From: Octopus sinensis
Taxonomy: Eukaryota
Length of the DNA stretch: 45,993 nucleotides
Assembly: GCF_006345805.1 (NCBI RefSeq)
Contig: NW_021835203.1
Span: forward strand, 1 to 45,993
Direction: 5' to 3'
Every line of letters begins with the position of its first letter. The stretch's first letter is position 1. The position numbers and the translations under genes are program-made. Below the pieces are notes generated by a model that saw nothing but the letters and a program-made list of their open reading frames with translations, was not told where the DNA came from and ran no database searches. This document shows, one piece after another, positions 36,612 to 45,993 of this stretch.

Positions 36612-37045
36612 TTCTTTTATTCTTTCATTCTTTCATTTGTTTCAGTCATTTGACTGCGGCCATGCTGGAGAACCGCCTTTAGTCGAACAAATAGACCCCA
36701 GGACTTATTCTTTGTAAGCCTAGTATTTATTCTATCGGTCTCTTTTGCCGAACCGCTAAGTTACGGGGACGTAAACACACCAACATCGGTTATCGAGCGA
36801 TGGTGGGGACAAATACAGACACAATCACACGCACACATACACACACACACGCACACATACAAACACATATATATATATATATGACGGGCTTCTTTCAGTT
36901 ACCGTCTACTAAATCCACTTACAAGGCTTCGGTCATCCCGAGGGTATAGTAGAAGACACTTGCCCAAGGTGCCACGCAGTGGGACTGCACCCGGAACCAT
37001 GCGGCTGGTAAGCAAGCTACTTACCACACAGCCACGCCTGCGCCT
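36612..37045 (-). mobile_element. Full-length SINE family B
   Basis: Colinear with 23272-23682. Confidence 0.92.
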
Positions 37046-37844
37046 ATATGTGTGTGTGTGAGTGTATATAGGTATGCATGTAGGTACGTATGCATGCATT
37101 TATGTATATATAAAGTTTTATCGTTATCTCTTTCAACGTAGGCTGCAGTAAACTTCGTTCATTTCCCGATTACTCTCTGGCACCAACCGGTAAACATTTA
37201 TTCTTCTTGTTTGTCTAATACACAAAAGAAGCATGTTACGTAAACAACTACCATATATATATATGTATATATATATTATTCTACACACACATATACATAC
37301 ACATGCATTGTAGAAATGTCATGTATGTATAATGTTAACATTCTCCTTTATTTGACATTCCTGTGGTCAGAGTAATTTCTGTGTTGATGCACATATAAAA
37401 TTGTATGTTATCTGAGATTAAACAAATAGATGCTCTCTCTCTTTCCCACTCTCTCTCTCTCTTCCTCCCTCTTCCTGTTTCTCTCTCTCTCTCTCTCTCT
37501 CTCCTTTACTCTCTATGAATTTGTTTTAATGTAAACTGGGCATTTAAATTTTATCACTGTTGATTCTTCTCATCTTAACAAATTGGTAATAATATCCCTT
37601 CTGAATAATTAATCACTTCATAATGGTGAGTGCAGATGGTAGTAGTATCGCTAGCGTGGTTGGGGAAATGCCGCCATTTTGTATTTAGGTGTGCGTGAGA
37701 ATTTTATGTTTTGTGTTCAAATTTCACCGAGATCAATCAACTTTTCTTTTCATCCTGCCACTTATCGATAAAATAGATTATTTATCAAACCGTTGTCCAA
37801 ATATCAGTCCTTGTACCTACGTACAAATCGATTGTTAATCCTAT

Positions 37845-38095
37845 TGGAAAGGGATATCAAATTCAGCCAATCATTCGGGGAAACGGCCCCGGGACACGTA
37901 AACCTCCCTATTTACCTCAGTGTTGTTCCACTAACATGCAGAGTACACTGGGACAATTTTCTTGAGAGGGCCACAGCCTCAGTCTTCACAACTCTTATAC
38001 TCATTCCTGCCTTGCAGCAATCGGCGGCAAAACCATTCATTACCGGCTGAACACCACCTTCTGATGAGCCAAGTAGCAACATGTAATCAGTAAAT
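37845..38095 (-). mobile_element. Degraded RTE-like RT fragment
   Basis: Minus strand LLGSSEGGVQPVMNGFAADCCKAGMSIRVVKTEAVALSRKLSQCTLHVSG..RFTCPG resembles the post-DD region of RTE/Rex3 RTs. Confidence 0.6.
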
Positions 38096-38659
38096 ATCAG
38101 GAGCAGAATGAGATTGTTAGATATTATTGTTCACGCTTGTGAATCCAGCCGGAAAGTATAATGATAGTTACATCTGATAGAATCCTATGGAAGAGGTGCG
38201 TGAGGACTTTACCCTCAATGAACCTTCCAGGAATAATGAATAATTGGCTCAGGAGTGGATGTGTGGTAAATAGCTTGCTTACCAACCATATGGTTCCGGA
38301 TTCAGTCCTACTGAGTGATACCTTGAACAAGAGACTAATAGCAAGCCATGCTACTCCAGACTGATGATGAGCAATGACTCTGAAACTAGTCTCTGGATGC
38401 TGGTTTTGCTGGGTGGAGGTGCTTGTCTTCATTTTGAATACATAAGGACACAGGAAATGTCAAGTCCATCAGGAAACGCTGTTTCCTAGGGTTAAACAAC
38501 AGTAGCATTCTTCCCCTTTATGGGACTGTCACATTAAGTTGACTACATACTATCACTTTTACTATTGCTGGTATCGGATAAGTATGTGTTATTTGATCAA
38601 AACTTTTAAACGTCTTTCTTGAATGCATACTGACGAAAGCCGTAGAGTCTTTTAGAGGA

Positions 38660-39720
38660 AATGTAGAAGTATCAGGTAGAAGAGTTGCTAATCTCCGTTT
38701 TACTGATGATATTGATTTTATAGAACAAACATAATTTAGAGACCTAACAACACATACTCTCGATACAATTTGTAAGAGAAAAATAAATGAAAACAGAAAA
38801 ATAAGGATTAATTAATAAAAATAGAAAAGAGCCAATCCTACAACTGAAGCAGCAGGGAAGACGTTCGAGCAAATTGATAAATTTAAATACTTGTGAAGAA
38901 AAGGAACTAAGGTGTGAGATCAAAGAATAAAGCAAAATGTCACGGATTGCAACAGCAGCCGCAGAAACTTTAGCAGAATTAGTCCCTGCTTTAAAAAAAA
39001 TATAAATATTAAAAACAATTCCAATAACAACAATCTGTTTTTAAGAGCAATAGTGATTTCAGTAACTGCCACGAATGGGTGCGAATTATGGACGTCGGTT
39101 GCTGGAAGTGACACAAAGATCATGACCTTTGAAGTGCAACGTTATTGAAAGAGGCTTCACATTCCATAAACGGAATGTAGAACTGACGAGGGTGTTAGGA
39201 AAGAAATTGTTAGGAAGACTGCGAATCACGATAATTCTTCTGTCAATGACCGAAAGGTGGAAAAGGAAGTGGTTTGGTCATATCATGACAAGAAACCATA
39301 ACACCTTAACTCTGGTGGAATATTGTGTGTGATAAGGAGAATACGGTCGCAAATACATGTGCCCGAGATAGGGTTCTGCCAAAGGATTTCTAGATTAATG
39401 TTAAACGACAGCAGGCGTAGCTTGGAAATCAGGGAGTTTTCCAGGTGACGGGATAAGAATATCGCAGGTATGAATCGCAAGAGGAATTCTTCAATCCGAA
39501 CTAATTGATAGGAAACCTACGAGTAGACCGAGAAGAAAATGGCTGGATAATATCCCTAATCTCATTTGGGAACGCTTGGGAGATCGATTGAAACGTGAAA
39601 TCCCTGTTACTTCTGAGAGGGCCTTGTAAAGGAGTTGCCTGAGGACTCTACCCTCACGACTATCCCAGGAATACTTGGCAGAGAAAATGAATTGATGGAT
39701 GAACAGACAAGCCCTTGACC
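38660..39720 (+). mobile_element. Degraded RTE-like LINE 3' region
   Basis: GRRVANLRFTDDIDF (~38685-38720), LRAIVISV...GCELWT, RKWFGHIMTR, RPRRKWLDNI. Many stops and frameshifts. Confidence 0.7.
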
Positions 39721-39919
39721 AAAAAAGGAATAGGAAAAGCACGAAGCGTATATGTGAGCAACATTGAAGAATGGTCTCTTGATATAGAACTAAGGCTTCT
39801 CTCGGGAATAGAATTTGAATAACTGGTATCTGGTACCAGTCATGTAGTGAGATCGATGGTATCGACTAATCCCTTCCTCCTAAAAATTGTTGGCCTCACG
39901 CCAATACTTGAAACCAATC

Positions 39920-40097
39920 GTACAAAATGCTTAGTGACATTTCATCCGTTTTCACGTTCTGAGTACAAATTCCGCCGAAGTCGACTTCGCCTTTCATCCT
40001 TTCGGCGGCGTTCAAAAAATAATTACCGGTTGAACACTGGGGTAATCGACTTAACCCCTCCTCTGAAATTACTGACCTCATACCAAAATTTGAAACC
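39920..40097 (+). mobile_element. SINE family A variant ending in an (ATT)n tail
   Basis: TGCTTAG..GTTCTGAGTACAAATTCCGCCGAAGTCGACTTCGCCTTTCATCCTTTCGG. Confidence 0.8.
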
Positions 40098-40119
40098 ATT
40101 ATTATTATTATTATTATTA

Positions 40120-40196
<77 letters not shown>

Positions 40197-40804
40197 GAGT
40201 AAGAGAGCAGTGCATGCCATCAAAGTGATACTGGGGCAAAATATACGAAGCCCAGTATACCCATCATGACTACCCGTCTGATAAGAGTACACCAGGCATA
40301 TGCATCGCAACCATATGTGCGCGACATGGTGATCTCATATCAAGATAAACAGCGCATGACCTTGCAGGTGAGGCCCAGTTAGAATTGTATTCAAGTCGAG
40401 TAGCCCATCCCACTCAAAAGGTCTCTGAATAATGGTTGTTTAAGGATGATGAACAAAACACCCATGTTTCCAGAAGGGAATTATCCAAACCCTAAAGAAT
40501 TCCTTTCAACACATGGCTATGATGCTCCCCCACTACTTCTGCTCGTGATCAGAGATGCACATATCGCCAGCCACGAAGAGACATGCTCAACTGGTTCATG
40601 TCAAGGAGCTGACAGGCAGATCTGTGGTATTGAGCATATTATTTGTTGTACACCATCTTTTATACCAAGACAAAACAATGTACATGATAACACTTCCAAT
40701 CAGTTAAGATCAGAAGCCATGAGAGCCACTGCCTGGTACTGCATCACGGCTATCATTATTATTATTATTATTATTATCATTATTATTATTATTATTATTA
40801 TTAC

Positions 40805-40858
<54 letters not shown>

Positions 40859-41264
40859 CATTATTATTATTATCATCATCATCATCAACAACATTATTAT
40901 TATTACTTCTGCCTTAGCGAAGGTGGTGGTATTTTTTTCAGTCGTGTTTGTTCGGTTGTCCGTGGACAAGATATCTCAAGAGCCGCTCGATGGGTACGGA
41001 TGAACCTTTCAGGGATGTTTGGTTTCGTGCCTGGCACGAACTGATTAGATTTTTGGATCGATCCGGCACCGGACAAGGATTCTGGATTATTTTTCAGGCT
41101 TTTTCACTTAATTTTTGAGAGCGGTCGGGTTCATTTTTAGTATTCTCGTTTGTGAGAGCAATCGAGCTTATTACGGATATTCTCATTTTAAAAGTCATTT
41201 CTGGCTAATCGTTCAGAGAACTTTTGGTGTCACCTTGGCGGAGGTTTGCGCTCTCAGAGTGCTC

Positions 41265-41317
<53 letters not shown>

Positions 41318-41361
41318 GTCATTATTGTTGTTGGTGTTGTTTTTATTGCTGTTGTTGTTGC

Positions 41362-41396
<35 letters not shown>

Positions 41397-41538
41397 GTTG
41401 TTGTTGTTGTTGTTAGAAAGCTATTACTACATTAGTTGGCATAGATGTCTCGAGGTTTGGTGACAATCTCTTCCAGAATTTCAGGCATTGTGCCTATTGT
41501 AGAAAGAATCGCCGTCATCATCATCATCATCATCATCG

Positions 41539-41573
<35 letters not shown>

Positions 41574-41630
41574 GTCATCATCATCATCCTCCTCCTCATC
41601 ATCATCATCGTCATCATCATCATCTTTATT
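40098..41630. repeat. Cluster of trinucleotide microsatellites: (ATT)n 40098-40198, (ATT/ATC)n 40755-40905, (ATT)/(GTT)n 41268-41415, (ATC)n 41515-41625
   Basis: Directly visible. Source of the poly-L/N/I/M/D/C ORFs. Confidence 0.95.
40901..41268 (+). mobile_element. Helentron-associated non-autonomous element (HINE/DINE-1-like)
   Basis: 5' ACTTCTGCCTT-AGCG-AAGGTGGTGGT (degenerate subTIR plus internal inverted copy). 3' subTIR CCTTGGCGGAGGT (41233-41245) followed by the hairpin GCGCTCTCAGAGTGC (41248-41262). T-rich flanks, no TSD evident. Confidence 0.7.
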
Positions 41631-42147
41631 ATATCCAATATTATGATCATTACCAATTTTAGCAAAATTATCAAAAAAGACCTTTTCGTGAAGAATTTTA
41701 TTACTGAAAAATTCCATGTTACTGATGACTTTTACCAATATCTTTAATAATAAACGTGAATGGCTTGTAATGTCCAGCAAGCAAAATGTGGTGATTGGAA
41801 CAATGTGCAATATCTGATGGCGGTAGGTCGTTTAATGTCAAAACGCACAGACGTTATTATCTGACAATGTTATTGATGACAGATAGTGTGATAACTGCTC
41901 ACTTACTGACAGCAATGAATAAGTAAGGAGAGTAGAGGTGTGAGTTAAAGAGAGAAAGAAGAGAGTGTGTGTATGTGAGATAGAGAGCGTGAGGGAGTGT
42001 GTGTGTGTGTGTATGTGTGTGTGTGCATGTCGTTGATTTTCTTTTTTATGTTACACTTTAATATCTCTCTTTATATGTATGTTCTTATGTACATGTATGT
42101 GCGTATATATATATGTTGGTGTACGTGCGTAACATATATATACATAC

Positions 42148-42204
<57 letters not shown>

Positions 42205-42350
42205 TATATACGTGTGTGATTGTGTGTGTGTGTATAACATTAAGTATTAATAAGTCCCCATATACACACACACTCACACACACGCCGCAAGCATACATAT
42301 GTATATAAATGTTATAGACAGATAGAGGCGGAGAGATAAAGTGAGAGGTG

Positions 42351-42439
<89 letters not shown>

Positions 42440-44094
42440 ATACATGGCTCCTTGTTTCTGAGTATTTCTTCTTCATTTGTGCTTCTTCATTTATGCCCGT
42501 GCCTCTAATGGCTGACAAACCAATTTTCGTATGGAACAATAGTCCACAGAGGTCACATTTAATGAACGGCAGAGACCTTGGTTGGAGTTAAAGTACATTT
42601 TGTATGATTGTGTTTCTTCAGAGACAAAGAATATTGGAGCCTTATCACTGCTGTCGTATTATTGCGCATGCGATACTGAATGAAAAAGAAATGATGTTGA
42701 ACAGTTTATGTAAAGAATGGGGCTGAAAACGATTATGTGAGAAAGCTTGGACAGTACGGTAGGTGGCTTGTAAAGTAGGAGAGTTGTATGATGTCGGACG
42801 AAGTGAATTATAAAGGGGGTTGCTTAAAGTTTATAGCAAGACCCGGATTATTAGACATGAGTAGTAATCGTTGAGGGCCAGACCAGGTGAGGTATGTGAG
42901 AAAGCCAAATATACAAGGCGATAGACAAAAAATTACATGCGTACAATGAGACAAGCGTACACGCAGTCATAGTGGGAAAAGGAAGGTTAGAAATGGAATG
43001 CGTTAGTACAGAGTAGATCAGTAAGGACAGGTAAAATTTAAGGAATTCATATAGTGTTAGGAAAGTAAAGAAAAGAGGAACTTGAATCAGAAGGCATTGT
43101 GAGAATTAAGAAGGCAAAGTTTGAAGAAAAAGAGACTTAAAAGGGCAGTAGTCAATAATGAGATGCCATCCATCAGGGAGAGGCTGATGGCAGAACTCCT
43201 TCTTTAAGCTAACTGTTGCGCATTTATGTTCCGTGCAATTGTAATTAACCCATCATCTCGATATAAACCAAAAGGTAAATTGTAAAACTTTTGTAATAAA
43301 TATATTATGTAATGATTAATCAACGCAGAAATTCAATCTAGATTATACATCACTACTTGCAGATAATTATCATCGTTTTTCTTTTTCCGCAAATCCAAAA
43401 CAAGAGAAAGCAATGATATTCTTGCAAGAATGACTACATTAAACTGTAAACAATGACAATAAAATACTTTGGGAGAGTTTAGCTATCCAAGGATAAAATC
43501 CATAATAACAAACTGGGATACTTGCTATACTTAGTATCCAACTCATTATTGGGCGGATTCATTAACTTAGAAGCTGCAATTTTGTTTGTGGTCCTTAAAG
43601 GTTATACAATGTCTTTGTAAATTTAGACATTCAATCTTGTTATTTCCTTAGGTTCTTCGTCAGTGGTATTGTGTGTAGTTTGTAGTCATAAAAGATAAGA
43701 ACCTAGCGTGAGTCCGTTAATGTCATACAATTTTTTTTTATTTTGTTCGAGCGAACAAAAACGTTTGTTTTCTGGTTGTTTTTTTTGTGTTTTGTTTTTG
43801 TTGTTTGCATTTGCTTCTTCAAATATTTTCAAATCTTATTTTATTAAAGAAAAGCTTATCTCCGTCTGTTTGTCTGTCTGTCACAGCGTAAAGGCAGAAG
43901 GAAGAAGCGGGGAATCAAAACGGAAGATAATCCGTGTCACTATATATATATGTGTAGAAAGAGGAATGAAGGGGAGGAGAAAAGATCGTTGTTTAGAGAG
44001 AAATACAGTGAGTGAGAGAGAGAAGAGAGAGAGAACGTGTGTGTATTTATATGGATGAAAAATAGATACATACATACGTAGATAGGTAGGTAGG

Positions 44095-44179
<85 letters not shown>

Positions 44180-44917
44180 GGTCTGGCCATCATAGTAACT
44201 GAAATATTTTGATTCAAAACGTGAGAATTTTAAGTGCAAATTCATCGACTCAACGCAACACAGATTTCAAACAAAGACTGTCATTATATAACAGTCTATT
44301 AACGAGTTGTACCATACGAGGCCATAACATTACTCCGTCACATTTATATGTATATATATATATGTATGTATATATATATATATATAATACAAATAATTAT
44401 ATTTTTGGTTTTGATTGTGTGTATGTGTGCATTTCTGTGTGAGTGTGTGTGGGGGTGCATGCATTTCTGTGTGTGTTTCAAGATATAGGCAACGCAACAC
44501 AGACTTTAGAGAAAGAAATTCAGTTTGAACAATTTACGAAGGTACGTGCATGATTGACAAATGTTTTTACCGTCAGCGTAGCGAGGAGTAACAACTTAGT
44601 TAATCATAAAACTAAAGTTATTCATAAAATTTTTTCACCATTGTTCGTCGTAAAACCCTTCTAATTAAATTGAAAAGGTCCAATTTGAAATGTTCTAATC
44701 TTTTATTTCGAAAGGCGTAAACAACACAACAATTCTTTTGTTAATGCACACCTGAAATTTTGTGGTTTTAAATTTGAAAATATTTCCAGTGAAAAATGTC
44801 TAAATCTCTGGTGGATGCAGCATGGACAGCTTAATACAATATTGTTGTACGCTGCAACGGAATGATTTTCTGTTATTTAGTTACATTTCCATACGCTTCT
44901 ATTCCTATATATATAAT

Positions 44918-45290
44918 AGGCGCAGGAGTGGCTGTGTTATTAGAAGCTTGCTTCCCAACTACATGGTTCTGGGTGCAGTCCTCCTGCGTGGAACCTTGGG
45001 CGAGTGTCTTCTATTTTAGTATTGGGCCGACCAAAGCCTTGTGAGTAGATTTCATAGGCGGAAACTGAAAGAAGCCCGTCGTATATGTGTATATGTGTTT
45101 GTCTCCCTATCACCGCTTGAGAACCGATGTTGGTGTGTTTACGTCCTCGTAACTTAGCGGCTTGGCAAAATAGAACGACAAAATAAGTACTAGGCTTACA
45201 AAGAATAAATCCTGGGGTCTATTTGTTCGACAAAATGTGGTGCTCCAGCTTGACCGCAGTCAAATGACTAAAACAAGTAAAATAGTAAAA
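44918..45290 (+). mobile_element. Full-length SINE family B
   Basis: AGGCGCAGGAGTGGCTGTG head, CCTTGGGCGAGTGTCTT core, GCAGTCAAATGACTAAAACAAGTAAAA tail. Confidence 0.92.
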
Positions 45291-45340
45291 TAATATATTT
45301 ATATATAGATACGCATACACAAACATGCATATATATAGAT

Positions 45341-45645
45341 GTGAAGGCGCGTGGCTTAGTGGTTAGGGCATTCGGCTCATCAACGTAAGTTCGTGAGTTC
45401 AATTACCGACGACGTGCTGTGTCCTTCAGCAAGCCACTTTATTTCACGTTGCTCTAGTCCACTCAGCTGGCAAAAAATGAGTATTAACTGTATCTCAAAG
45501 GTCTGGCCTTGTCACACTTTGTGTATTGCTAAATCTTCCTGAGAACTACATTAAGCGTACACGTGTCTGTGGAGTGCTCAGCCACTTGCTGAGCAAACTG
45601 TTCCGTTGAGCGTATCAGCTGGGACCCCCGTCGTCGTAACCGACG
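45341..45645 (+). mobile_element. SINE family C
   Basis: GTGAAGGCGCGTGGCTTAGTGGTTAGG (A-box), GTGAGTTCAATT (B-box), GTGTCCTTCAGCAAGCCACTTTATTTCACG. Confidence 0.85.
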
Positions 45646-45993
45646 GAGTGCTCCTAATATATATATATATATATATACTACTTTATTCTTTTACTTGTTT
45701 CAGTCATTAGACTACAGCCCTGCTTTGATTTGGCTTTGAAGAATATTTAGTCGAATCAGTCAAACCTAATACTTATTGCTTCAAGCTTGAACTTAATCTA
45801 TCGTTCTCTTATTGTCGAATCGCTAAATTACGGGACAGTAAACACACTAATACCTGTTGTCAAGCGGTGGGTGGGGGACAAACATAGAAACAAAAGCATA
45901 CACATAGTTATACATATATATATATCGATGGAATTTACAAAAAGAAAAAACAAAAGATGAAGACATGTGTGTAATCAGCAAGCAGGTGTATTA

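Noticed and set aside
40446-41810. Poly-Ile/Leu/Asn/Met/Asp/Cys ORFs
   Set aside because: Translations of trinucleotide microsatellites.

Overview
Eukaryotic, AT-rich, microsatellite-saturated DNA with no complete host gene. The repeat make-up (dense (TA)n/(CA)n/(TACA)n/(TAGA)n/(ATT)n tracts, three abundant tRNA-headed SINE families) suggests an octopus/coleoid cephalopod genome; this is inference, not a database match. Main content: (i) a 22-bp CpG-rich minisatellite of GCGCATGCGC palindromes (~245-995); (ii) a 5'-truncated Penelope-like element (RT + GIY-YIG) with an inverted pseudo-LTR carrying a minimal hammerhead-like motif, interrupted by a non-autonomous Helitron; (iii) a nearly complete Helitron RepHel gene on the minus strand (~5507-9994), broken mostly by 1-bp losses in homopolymers, with a ~212-nt insert that fits a spliceosomal intron; (iv) a second non-autonomous Helitron, a Helentron-type HINE, a pogo/Tc1-like MITE, a mariner fragment, RTE and CR1-like LINE fragments, and many SINEs, one with an internally amplified minisatellite; (v) three dispersed short elements with a variant minimal hammerhead core. 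Most ORFs in the supplied track are translations of simple repeats. All alignments were done by eye, so boundaries are approximate.
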